From NCBI RefSeq assembly GCF_024298765.1, contig NZ_CP101210.1: DNA of 64,000 bases. One strand, given 5' to 3'. Below are positions 49,726-58,273 of the stretch, in pieces; within the stretch, counting starts at the first letter, position 1, and each line of letters starts with the position of its first letter. The notes beneath the pieces were generated by a model. The model saw only the letters and a list, made by a program, of their open reading frames with translations. It was not told the origin of the DNA and did no database searches. The stretch is from Escherichia coli (GTDB lineage Bacteria; Pseudomonadota; Gammaproteobacteria; Enterobacterales; Enterobacteriaceae). A program made the position numbers and the translations under genes.

Positions 49726-50049
49726 ATGGCAAAGAATTTTGTAGAAGAAGGAAAAACGGTGGCGATTGTTGCCAGTGCAGCCATCAGCAGCGGAGATCTG
49801 GTGCAGGTGGGTGATGTTTTTGCGGTGGCGCTGACCGATATTCCACAGGGTGAAACAGGCGACGGCATGACCGAAGGTGTGTTTATCCTGCCTAAACTGA
49901 AAACGGATGACATGAAAACGGGTAAGAAGGTTTATCTGAAGTCCGGAAAAGTTCAGCTGACTAACAGCGGCTCTGATCCGCTGGTCGGGGTTGTCTGGGC
50001 AGATGCCGGAACCAGTGCAGAAGAAGTGCCGGTAAAACTCAATGTCTGA
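49726..50049 (+). CDS. DUF2190-type small head protein (possible decoration/stabilisation)
   Basis: ATG 49726 follows GGAGA. 107 aa, beta-rich, immediately after the capsid gene. Confidence 0.65.
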   Translation: MAKNFVEEGKTVAIVASAAISSGDLVQVGDVFAVALTDIPQGETGDGMTEGVFILPKLKTDDMKTGKKVYLKSGKVQLTNSGSDPLVGVVWADAGTSAEEVPVKLNV

Positions 50050-50317
50050 TCCCTTTTCCCGGCTGGCAGCGCGTATGGATGCGATCACGGTCAGAAAGAT
50101 GGGAAAGACAGCCTCGATTAATGATGTCGATATGGCTGTGATCCCGGACGAAACACTTGCAGAGCTGAATGCTCTGTCCGGACCTGCGGTCTCTCTGGTG
50201 GTGTTTTCTTCGGGATACCGCCCACGGCGCGGGGATCGCGTTGTTTATGACGGACAACAATGGACGGTCACACGGCATGAACGTTTTAACGGTAAGCCAA
50301 TGATCTTTATTGAGTAA
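50042..50317 (+). CDS. head-tail attachment/adaptor protein
   Basis: 91 aa, 8-nt overlap with the previous gene. Lies between the head genes and gpZ. Confidence 0.6.
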   Translation: MSDPFSRLAARMDAITVRKMGKTASINDVDMAVIPDETLAELNALSGPAVSLVVFSSGYRPRRGDRVVYDGQQWTVTRHERFNGKPMIFIE

Positions 50318-50328
50318 AGAGGTGTGGG

Positions 50329-50907
50329 ATGAAGGGGCTTGAGAATGCCATCCGCAATCTGAACAGCCTTGATACCCGTATGGTGCCACAGGCCAGCGCA
50401 TGGGCGATAAACCGTGTGGCACAGAAAGCGGTCTCGGTTGCCACCCGGCAGGTTGCCGGGAATACCGTTGCGGGAGATAACCAGGTGAAAGGGATCCCCC
50501 TGAAACTGGTACGTCAGCGTGTCCGGGTGTTTAAAGCCAGTCCGTCAGGAAAAATGACGGCCAGGATCCGCGTTAACCGGGGCAATCTGCCCGCCATTAA
50601 GCTGGGGACAGCCCGGGTCAGACTGGCCCGGCGTGGTGGAAAACTGCAGTACCGTGGCAGTGTGCTGAAGGTGGGTAAATATCTTTTCCGGGATGCGTTT
50701 ATTCAGCAACTGGCGAATGGTCGCTGGCATGTGATGCGGCGTATTGATGGCAAAAATCGTTACCCCATTGATGTGGTGAAAATCCCGCTTTCCAGACCGC
50801 TGACACAGGCATTTGAAGATGCCCGCGACCGCATCATTGCTGCGGAAATGCCGAAACAGCTGGGGTATGCACTGAAACAACAACTGAGGTTATGGCTGAC
50901 CCGATGA
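50329..50907 (+). CDS. Z: tail completion protein Z
   Basis: MKGLENAIRNLNSL...AFIQQLANGRWHVMRRIDGKNRYPIDVVKIP parallels lambda Z as recalled. 192 aa. Confidence 0.88.
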   Translation: MKGLENAIRNLNSLDTRMVPQASAWAINRVAQKAVSVATRQVAGNTVAGDNQVKGIPLKLVRQRVRVFKASPSGKMTARIRVNRGNLPAIKLGTARVRLARRGGKLQYRGSVLKVGKYLFRDAFIQQLANGRWHVMRRIDGKNRYPIDVVKIPLSRPLTQAFEDARDRIIAAEMPKQLGYALKQQLRLWLTR

Positions 50908-51305
50908 ACCGACATACACAAATCCGCCAGGCCGTACTGGCACGCCTTCGGGAACAGTGTGGAGACAGCGCCACGTTTTTTGACGGGCTTCCGGCATTTA
51001 TTGATGCGCAGGAACTGCCTGCCGTGGCGGTGTGGCTGAGTGATGCTCAGTACACCGGAAAAATGACGGATGAAGATGACTGGCAGGCTGTTCTGCATAT
51101 TGCTGTCTTCATCCGGGCACAGGCACCGGATTCAGAGCTGGATATGTGGATGGAGAGCACCATTTTCCCGGCCCTGAATGATATACCGGCACTTTCCGGA
51201 CTCATCGACACCCTGATCCCTCTCGGTTTTAACTATCAACGTGATAATGAGATGGCCACCTGGGCGATGGCGGAAATCACGTACCAGATCACGTACACGA
51301 ATTAA
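50904..51305 (+). CDS. U: tail terminator protein U
   Basis: ATGA overlap with Z. ATFFDG, PAVAVWL and PDSELDMWMES blocks as in lambda U. 133 aa. Confidence 0.88.
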   Translation: MNRHTQIRQAVLARLREQCGDSATFFDGLPAFIDAQELPAVAVWLSDAQYTGKMTDEDDWQAVLHIAVFIRAQAPDSELDMWMESTIFPALNDIPALSGLIDTLIPLGFNYQRDNEMATWAMAEITYQITYTN

Positions 51306-51316
51306 AGGAGGTGGCA

Positions 51317-52060
51317 ATGACCACACCAAATCCACTGGCAAAAACGAAAGGTGCGGGAACGACGTTCTGGATGTACACCGGCAAGGGCGATGCGTTTGCG
51401 AACCCTTTATCGGACACTGACTGGCTGCGTCTTGCGATGGTGAAGGATCTGCAACCTGGCGAAATGACCGCTGATGCAGAAGATGACACTTATCTCGATG
51501 ATGAAGATGCAGACTGGAAAACGACAACCCAGGGGCAGAAATCCGTCGGTGATACTTCGGCGACGCTGGCCTGGCGTCCGGGTGACAGCGGGCAGAAAAA
51601 ACTGGTTCAGTTGTTCGACTCCGGTGAAGTCTGCGCGTTTCGTATCAAATATCCCAACGGCACTGTTGATGTTTTCCGTGGCTGGCTGAGCTCACTGGGT
51701 AAAACCATTGCCTCAAAAGACGTGATGACCCGCACAGTGAAAATCAGCGGTGTGGGGCGTCCGTATCTGGCAGAGGAAGGCACTGAAACAGTGAGCGTTA
51801 CCGGGCTGACGGTGGCACCGGCATCTGCCAGTGTAAAAGTGGGAGCAACCACCACGCTGACCTTTACAGTAAAACCTGACGGAGCCAGTGACAAAGCGAT
51901 CAGTGTGCATTCGACAGATCCACAGACTGCCACGGTGACCCTGAACGGGCTTGTGGCCACGGTGAAAGGCGTGAAGCAGGGCAGTGTCAGCATTGTGGGC
52001 ATGACTTCTGACGGCGATTTTGTGGCAGTGGCTGCGGTGGCTGTCAGCGCCGCAGGTTAA
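51317..52060 (+). CDS. V: major tail tube protein V with C-terminal Ig-like (Big_2) domain
   Basis: AAGGAGG, 6 nt, ATG 51317. KGAGTTFWMY, YLDDEDADW and FRGWLSSLGK blocks as in lambda V. 247 aa. Confidence 0.9.
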   Translation: MTTPNPLAKTKGAGTTFWMYTGKGDAFANPLSDTDWLRLAMVKDLQPGEMTADAEDDTYLDDEDADWKTTTQGQKSVGDTSATLAWRPGDSGQKKLVQLFDSGEVCAFRIKYPNGTVDVFRGWLSSLGKTIASKDVMTRTVKISGVGRPYLAEEGTETVSVTGLTVAPASASVKVGATTTLTFTVKPDGASDKAISVHSTDPQTATVTLNGLVATVKGVKQGSVSIVGMTSDGDFVAVAAVAVSAAG

Positions 52061-52080
52061 CAGGACGATACTCATCATTT

Positions 52081-52105
52081 GCCCCGGTTATCCGGGGCTT
52101 TTTTG
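52081..52105 (+). terminator. terminator-like hairpin between V and G
   Basis: GCCCCGG-TTAT-CCGGGGC followed by TTTTTT, located 20 nt after the V stop. Confidence 0.5.
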
Positions 52106-52120
52106 CAGGTGGAGAACATG

Positions 52121-52507
52121 ATGTTTCTGAAACAGGGCACGTTTAATTATGAAAAGCAGTCCGTGGTGCTCAGTGAGCTGTCCGGGCTGCAGAGAATTGA
52201 ATATCTGGCGTTTGTTCAGCAGCGAACGGCAAAGTTTGATGCCGAAGAGGGAGAACTGCCGGAGGCTGAACGACAGATTGCTTTTCTGCGGATGGGGATG
52301 GATATCAATGCCTGGCTGGTTTCCCGCTCACTGTGGAATGCGGAACAGTCTCAGGATGTTGAGACGCTTTGCGCATCCGTTATTACAACATGGTCGTATG
52401 ATGCCCTGGGAGCGGGGGCGGAGATGGTTCTGTCGCTGAGCGGTATGGGAGCCATTGAGAATGCCGGGGATTTGGAGCATGAGGTGCTGACGCCGGAAAA
52501 GTCCTGA
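52121..52507 (+). CDS. G: tail assembly chaperone G
   Basis: MFLKQGTFNYEKQSVVLSELSGLQRIEYLAF parallels lambda G. 128 aa. Confidence 0.85.
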   Translation: MFLKQGTFNYEKQSVVLSELSGLQRIEYLAFVQQRTAKFDAEEGELPEAERQIAFLRMGMDINAWLVSRSLWNAEQSQDVETLCASVITTWSYDALGAGAEMVLSLSGMGAIENAGDLEHEVLTPEKS

Positions 52508-52845
52508 CGCGGGAAATGCAGTTTGTCATGCGGCTTGCCCGGGAGTTCCGGCGGGCAGACTGGCGGCGGATGCTGTCGGAAATGTCGGCCACTGAGCTTG
52601 GTGAGTGGGGCGATTATTTCCGGATGCAGAGCTTCAGTGATGTGTGGATGGATGCGCAGTTTGCCTCGCTGAAGGCATTGATCGTGAGAATGGTGTCCGG
52701 TAGCAGTGATGCTGCGGTGGCTGATTTCAGCCTTTTACCGGAAGAGAACGGGATACCGGAGCGAACGGACGAAGAACTGATGCATCTTGGGGAAGGTATT
52801 TCCGGAGGTGTGCGTTATGGACCAGATAGCCAACCTGGTCATTGA
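52121..52845 (+). CDS. tail assembly chaperone G-T produced by a -1 programmed frameshift
   Basis: The T frame is the -1 frame relative to G and is open only from 52483. The only slip-prone run before the G stop is CCG-GAA-AAG (52493-52501). The T part (LAREFRRADWRRML...GGVRYGP) parallels lambda T. Confidence 0.7.
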
Positions 52846-55800
52846 TTTGGGGATTGATGCGGCAGAGTTTAAAAATGAAATTCCCCGTATCAAAAACCTT
52901 CTGAATGGTGCAGCCAGCGATGCAGAACGGTCTTCTGCCCGTATGCAGCGTTTTATGGAGCGTCAGACTCAGGCCGCCCGGCAGACAATGCAGGCGGCTT
53001 CTTCGGCTGCAACAGCCGCATCCGTCCATGCGCAGACGGTGGAGAAGAGCGCACAGGCTCATGAACGCATGGCCCGCGAGGTGGAGCAAACCCGCCAGCG
53101 TATGGAGGCACTGAGCCAGAAAATGCGCGAGGAACAGGCGCAGGCCATGGCTCTGGCGGAGGCTCAGGATAAAGCGGCTGCCGCGTTTTATCGTCAGATT
53201 GACAGTGTGAAACAGGCCAGTGCGGGGCTGCAGGAATTACAGCGTATTCAGCAGCAGATCCGACAGGCCAGAAACAGTGGCGGGATTGGTCAGCAGGATT
53301 ATCTGGCGCTGATTTCTGAGGTTACGGCGAAAACCCGTGTTCTTACGCAGGCTGAGGCAGAGGCTACCCGACAGAAAGTGGCGTTTATCCGTCAGCTTAA
53401 AGAGCAGGCAACCCGCCAGAATCTTTCTTCTTCTGAGTTGCTTCGTGCTAAGGCTGCCCAGCTGGGGGTAAGCAGTGCTGCAGAAGTGTATATCCGCAAA
53501 ATGGAGCAGGCAGGAAAAGCCACGCATTCGCTGGGTCTGAAAAGTGCAGCGGCCCGCCAGGAGATAGGCGTTCTGATAGGTGAACTGGCTCGCGGCAATT
53601 TAGGTGCGCTGAGGGGATCCGGGATAACGCTGGCTAACCGTGCCGGATGGATAGACACACTGATGTCACCGAAAGGCATGATGCTGGGCGGGGTTATTGG
53701 CGGTATTGCCGCGGCCGTCTATGGTCTGGGTAAAGCCTGGTATGATGGTCAGAAGGAGGGGGAAGAATTTAACCGCCAGTTGTCGCTGACGGGGCATTAT
53801 GCCGGAGTCACTGCCGGGCAGCTGTGGACGCTCAGTCGTGCTATTTCCGGGAATGGTATTACGCAACATGCTGCAGCCGGTGCGCTGGCTCAGGTGGTGG
53901 GGAGTGGTGCATTTCGTGGAAACGATATCGGTATGGTGGCGAGAGCTGCCGCACAGATGGAGCGATCGGTTGGCCAGTCGGTCAGCGATACCATAAATCA
54001 GTTTAAGCGGCTGAAGGATGATCCTGTAAATGCCGCGAAGGCTCTGGACAATGAGCTGCATTTTCTTACTGCCACTCAGCTTGAGCAGATACGCGTCCTT
54101 GGGGAACAGGGGCGGTCCAGTGATGCGGCACGGATAGCCATGTCTGCACTGGCAGAGGAAACCGGTCGGCGTACTGCGGATATTGATAATAACCTCAATG
54201 CGCTGGGCAGTACGCTGAAGTATCTGTCTGATTTATGGAGTAGTTTCTGGGATGCGGCCATGAATATTGGTCGTGAAGACTCGCTGGATGAACAGATTTC
54301 CGCTTTACAGGAGAAAGTGTCGCGGGCGAAAAGACTCCCCTGGACGGCATCATCTTCTCAGGTTGAGTACGATCAGCAGCGTCTTAACGAGCTTCAGGAG
54401 AAAAAACGCCAGAAGGATTTGCAGGATGCAAAAGAGCAGGCAGAGCGCAATTATCAGGAGCAACAGAAACGCCGTAATGCTGAAAATGCTGCACTGAACC
54501 GGATGAATGAAACGGAAGCAGCACGACATCAGCGTGAAATTGCGCGTATTAATGCCATGCAGTACGCCGATCAGGCTGTCAGGGATGCGGCGATACAACG
54601 TGAAAATGAACGTTACGAGAAAGCCCTGGCATCCGGTAAGAAAAAAACACGCGAACCCCGTAATGATGAGGCCACCCGGTTATTGCTGCAGTACAGTCAG
54701 CAACAGGCACAGGTGGAAGGACAGATTGCTGCTGCCAGACAGTCAGCAGGCATTGCCACGGAAAGGATAACAGAAGCGCATAAACAGCTTCTGGCTCTGC
54801 AGCAGCGCATCAGCGACCTGGACGGGAAAAAACTGACGGCAGATGAAAAGAGTGTGCTGGCCCGTAAAGATGAACTGATTCAGGCACTGACGCTGCTGGA
54901 TGTAAAACAGCAGGAGCTTCAGAAACAGACGGCACTCAACGAGCTGAAGAAAAAAACAATTCAGCTGACCAGTCAACTGGCTGAAGAAGAGCGCGCTCAG
55001 CGTCAGCAACATGACCTGGATATCGCCACGGTGGGTATGGGTGATCAGCAGCGGCAGCGATATCAGGTACAACTGAGTCTTCGCCAGAAATACCAGCAAC
55101 AGCTGGAGCAGTTGAGGCGGGATAGTGAGCAGAAAGGAACATATAACACGGATGACTACAGAAAGGCCGAGCAGGCGCTGACGGAGAGCCTGAACCGACA
55201 ACTGAATGAGAATCGCCGTTACTGGCAACAGCTTGAAGTTGTGCAGGGTAACTGGAAAAACGGAGTCCTGCGTGCATTTCAGGATTTTACCGTGGATGCA
55301 GATAATACGGCAGGAACAGCAGAACAGGTGTTCTCGTCAGCCTTCAGCAACATGGGAAATGGCCTGGCAACTTTTGTCACTACCGGCAAACTCAATTTCA
55401 AATCCTTCACCTCTTCTGTGCTGTCAGATATGGCGAAAATCCTGGCGCAGGCAACCATGATGAAATCGATAAAAGGGATTGGCAGTGTACTGGGATTTGA
55501 TCTCAGCAGCCTTTCCCTGAATGCCAATGGGGGGATTTATCAGTCTGCTGATTTGAGTCGTTACAGTGGCACGGTGGTTAACCGTCCGACGTTTTTTGCT
55601 TTTGCAAAAGGCGCGGGTGTGATGGGGGAAGCGGGGCCTGAAGCCATTCTGCCTCTGCGTCGTGGTGCTGACGGTAAGCTGGGGGTTGTGGCGGATATTG
55701 GCGGTTCAGGTATGGCGATGTTTGCCCCGCAGTACAACATCGAGATCAATAACGATGGCACGAACGGGCAGATAGGTCCGGCTGCCCTGAAGGTGGTTTA

Positions 55801-55882
55801 TGACCTTGGGAAAAAAGCGGCAGCGGACTTTATGCAACAGCAGGCCCGTGATGGTGGTCGGTTAAGTGGAGCATATCGGTAA
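52817..55882 (+). CDS. H: tape measure protein (H-like)
   Basis: GGAGG, 8 nt, ATG 52817. 1021 aa. Coiled-coil Gln/Ala/Arg-rich centre. Overlaps the T end. Confidence 0.88.
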   Translation: MDQIANLVIDLGIDAAEFKNEIPRIKNLLNGAASDAERSSARMQRFMERQTQAARQTMQAASSAATAASVHAQTVEKSAQAHERMAREVEQTRQRMEALSQKMREEQAQAMALAEAQDKAAAAFYRQIDSVKQASAGLQELQRIQQQIRQARNSGGIGQQDYLALISEVTAKTRVLTQAEAEATRQKVAFIRQLKEQATRQNLSSSELLRAKAAQLGVSSAAEVYIRKMEQAGKATHSLGLKSAAARQEIGVLIGELARGNLGALRGSGITLANRAGWIDTLMSPKGMMLGGVIGGIAAAVYGLGKAWYDGQKEGEEFNRQLSLTGHYAGVTAGQLWTLSRAISGNGITQHAAAGALAQVVGSGAFRGNDIGMVARAAAQMERSVGQSVSDTINQFKRLKDDPVNAAKALDNELHFLTATQLEQIRVLGEQGRSSDAARIAMSALAEETGRRTADIDNNLNALGSTLKYLSDLWSSFWDAAMNIGREDSLDEQISALQEKVSRAKRLPWTASSSQVEYDQQRLNELQEKKRQKDLQDAKEQAERNYQEQQKRRNAENAALNRMNETEAARHQREIARINAMQYADQAVRDAAIQRENERYEKALASGKKKTREPRNDEATRLLLQYSQQQAQVEGQIAAARQSAGIATERITEAHKQLLALQQRISDLDGKKLTADEKSVLARKDELIQALTLLDVKQQELQKQTALNELKKKTIQLTSQLAEEERAQRQQHDLDIATVGMGDQQRQRYQVQLSLRQKYQQQLEQLRRDSEQKGTYNTDDYRKAEQALTESLNRQLNENRRYWQQLEVVQGNWKNGVLRAFQDFTVDADNTAGTAEQVFSSAFSNMGNGLATFVTTGKLNFKSFTSSVLSDMAKILAQATMMKSIKGIGSVLGFDLSSLSLNANGGIYQSADLSRYSGTVVNRPTFFAFAKGAGVMGEAGPEAILPLRRGADGKLGVVADIGGSGMAMFAPQYNIEINNDGTNGQIGPAALKVVYDLGKKAAADFMQQQARDGGRLSGAYR

Positions 55883-56211
55883 TGGAGACGTTTCACTGGA
55901 AAGTGCGCCCGGATATGAATGTGGTATCAGAGCCGAAAGTGGTGACAGTGAAGCTGGGCGATGGTTATGAACAGCGTCGTGCGGCGGGACTGAATAACCA
56001 GTTGTCGACTTACAGCGTGACGATACGTGTTCGTAAATGTGAACACCCATCTTTAAAAGCCTTTCTGGAACGGCACGGTGGCGTCCGCGCATTTCAGTGG
56101 ACGCCACCTTATGACTGGAAACCGATTAGGGTGGTTTGTCGTAAATGGTCGGCAAGCGTGGGGGCGCTGTGGGTAACCATAACGGCAGATTTTGAACAGG
56201 TCGTGGCATAG
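55882..56211 (+). CDS. M: minor tail protein M
   Basis: METFHWKVRPDMNV...FEQVVA parallels lambda M. 109 aa. Confidence 0.9.
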   Translation: METFHWKVRPDMNVVSEPKVVTVKLGDGYEQRRAAGLNNQLSTYSVTIRVRKCEHPSLKAFLERHGGVRAFQWTPPYDWKPIRVVCRKWSASVGALWVTITADFEQVVA

Positions 56212-56220
56212 GAGGCTCTG

Positions 56221-56919
56221 ATGCAGGATATTCCACAGGAAACACATCATGAGACGACACGCCTCACTCAGTCAGCCCAGGTGGTGCTCTGGGAAATCGA
56301 TCTGACAGAGGTCGGTGGTGAACGTTATTTTTTCTGTAATGAGCAGAACGAAAAAGGTGAGCCGGTTACCTGGCAGGGGCGGCAGTATCAGGCATACCCC
56401 ATTCAGGGGACGGGATTTGAACTGAATGGCAAGGGCAGTGCTGCCCGTCCGACACTGACGGTTTCTAACCTGCACGGCATGGTCACCGGGATGGCGGAAG
56501 ACCTGCAGAGTCTGGTCGGCGGAACGGTGGTCAGGCGTAAGGTTTACGCCCGTTTTCTGGATGCGGTGAACTTCGTCAACGGAAACAGCGACGCCGATCC
56601 GGAGCAGGAGGTGATCAGCCGCTGGCGCATCGAGCAGTGCAGCGAACTGAGTGCGGTCAGTGCCTCCTTTGTACTGTCCACACCGACGGAAACGGATGGT
56701 GCCGTTTTTCCGGGGCGCATCATGCTGGCTAATACCTGCACCTGGACCTATCGCGGTGATGAGTGCGGTTATCACGGTCCGGCTGTCGCGGATGAATATG
56801 ATCAGCCGACGTCCGATATCACGAAGGATAAATGCAGCAAATGCCTGAATGGCTGTAAGTTTCGCAATAACGTCGGCAACTTTGGCGGCTTCCTTTCCAT
56901 TAACAAACTTTCGCAGTGA
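56221..56919 (+). CDS. L: minor tail protein L
   Basis: 232 aa, near-identical to lambda L as recalled (VVLWEIDLTEVGGERYFFCNEQNEKGEPVTWQGRQYQ). Confidence 0.93.
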   Translation: MQDIPQETHHETTRLTQSAQVVLWEIDLTEVGGERYFFCNEQNEKGEPVTWQGRQYQAYPIQGTGFELNGKGSAARPTLTVSNLHGMVTGMAEDLQSLVGGTVVRRKVYARFLDAVNFVNGNSDADPEQEVISRWRIEQCSELSAVSASFVLSTPTETDGAVFPGRIMLANTCTWTYRGDECGYHGPAVADEYDQPTSDITKDKCSKCLNGCKFRNNVGNFGGFLSINKLSQ

Positions 56920-56924
56920 ATCCC

Positions 56925-57668
56925 ATGACAGAGACAGAATCAGCGATTCTGGCGCACGCCCGGCGATGTGCGCCAGCGGAGTCGTGCGGCTTCGTGGTGA
57001 GAACGCCGGAAGGGGAAAGATATTTTCCCTGCGTGAATATCTCCGGTGAGCCGGAGGCGTATTTCCGGATGTCGCCGGAGGACTGGCTGCGGGCAGAGAT
57101 GCAGGGTGAGATTGTGGCGCTGGTCCACAGCCACCCCGGTGGTCTGCCCTGGCTGAGTGAGGCCGACCGGCGGCTGCAGGTGCAGAGTGATTTGCCGTGG
57201 TGGCTGGTCTGCCGTGGGGAGATTCATAAATTCCGCTGTGTGCCGTATCTCACCGGGCGGCGCTTTGAGCACGGGGTGACGGACTGTTACACGCTGTTCC
57301 GGGATGCTTACCATCTGGCGGGGATTGAGATGCCGGATTTTCATCGCGAGGATGACTGGTGGCGTCACGGTCAGAATCTCTATCTGGATAATCTGGAGGC
57401 CACAGGGCTGTATCAGGTGCCGTTGTCAGCGGCGCAGCCGGGCGATGTGCTGCTGTGCTGTTTTGGTTCATCGGTGCCGAATCATGCCGCCATTTACTGT
57501 GGTGACGGCGAGCTGCTGCACCATATTCCTGAACAACTGAGCAAACGAGAGAGGTATACCGACAAATGGCAGCGACGCACACACTCCCTCTGGCGTCACC
57601 GGGCATGGCACGCATCTGCCTTTACGGGGATTTACAACGATTTGGCTGCCGCATCGACCTTCGTGTAA
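56925..57668 (+). CDS. K: tail tip assembly protein K (JAB/MPN plus NlpC/P60 domains)
   Basis: MTETESAILAHARRCAPAESCGFVV...HSHP... as in lambda K. 247 aa. Confidence 0.9.
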   Translation: MTETESAILAHARRCAPAESCGFVVRTPEGERYFPCVNISGEPEAYFRMSPEDWLRAEMQGEIVALVHSHPGGLPWLSEADRRLQVQSDLPWWLVCRGEIHKFRCVPYLTGRRFEHGVTDCYTLFRDAYHLAGIEMPDFHREDDWWRHGQNLYLDNLEATGLYQVPLSAAQPGDVLLCCFGSSVPNHAAIYCGDGELLHHIPEQLSKRERYTDKWQRRTHSLWRHRAWHASAFTGIYNDLAAASTFV

Positions 57669-58213
57669 AAACGGGGGCTGAAGCCATCCGGGCGTTGTCC
57701 ACACAGCTCCCGGCGTTTCGTCAGAAACTGAATGACGGCTGGTATCAGGTGCGCATTGCTGGGCGTGATGCAGGTGAAACCGAATTATCTGCCCGTCTTA
57801 ATGAGCCGCTGGCAAATGGTGCCGTGATCCACATCGTGCCGCGTCTGGCGGGAGCTAAAAGTGGCGGTGTGTTTCAGGTGGTGCTGGGGGCGGCGCTGAT
57901 TGCTGTGGCATGGTGGAACCCTGTGGGCTGGCTGGGTGCCGCGGCTGTATCGGGCATGTATGCGGCAGGGGCCAGTATGATCCTGGGTGGTGTGGCCCAG
58001 ATGCTGGCACCGAAAGCCCGGACGCCCACAGCGACCAGCACGGATAACGGTAAGCAGAACACCTATTTTTCATCACTGGATAACATGGTTGCCCAGGGCA
58101 ATGTTCTGCCTGTTCTGTACGGTGAAATGCGTGTGGGGTCTCGTGTGGTTTCTCAGGAGATCAGCACGGCAGATGAAGGGGACGGTGGTCAGGTTGTGGT
58201 GATTGGCCGCTGA
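57566..58213 (+). CDS. I: tail tip assembly protein I
   Basis: MAATHTLPLASPGMARICLYGDLQRFG...EGDGGQVVVIGR as in lambda I. Overlaps the K 3' end. Confidence 0.9.
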   Translation: MAATHTLPLASPGMARICLYGDLQRFGCRIDLRVKTGAEAIRALSTQLPAFRQKLNDGWYQVRIAGRDAGETELSARLNEPLANGAVIHIVPRLAGAKSGGVFQVVLGAALIAVAWWNPVGWLGAAAVSGMYAAGASMILGGVAQMLAPKARTPTATSTDNGKQNTYFSSLDNMVAQGNVLPVLYGEMRVGSRVVSQEISTADEGDGGQVVVIGR

Positions 58214-58273
58214 TGCAAAATGTTTTATGTGAAACCGCCTCCGGGCGGTTTTGTCGTTTATGGAGCATGACGA

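Noticed and set aside
52511-52517. GGGAAAT, resembling the lambda G/T slippery heptamer
   Set aside because: Lies downstream of the G stop codon (52505-52507), so ribosomes translating G cannot reach it.
53237-55527. Multiple 80-160-aa ORFs on both strands
   Set aside because: All lie inside the tape-measure gene in wrong frames. The repetitive Gln/Ala/Arg coding sequence leaves other frames open.
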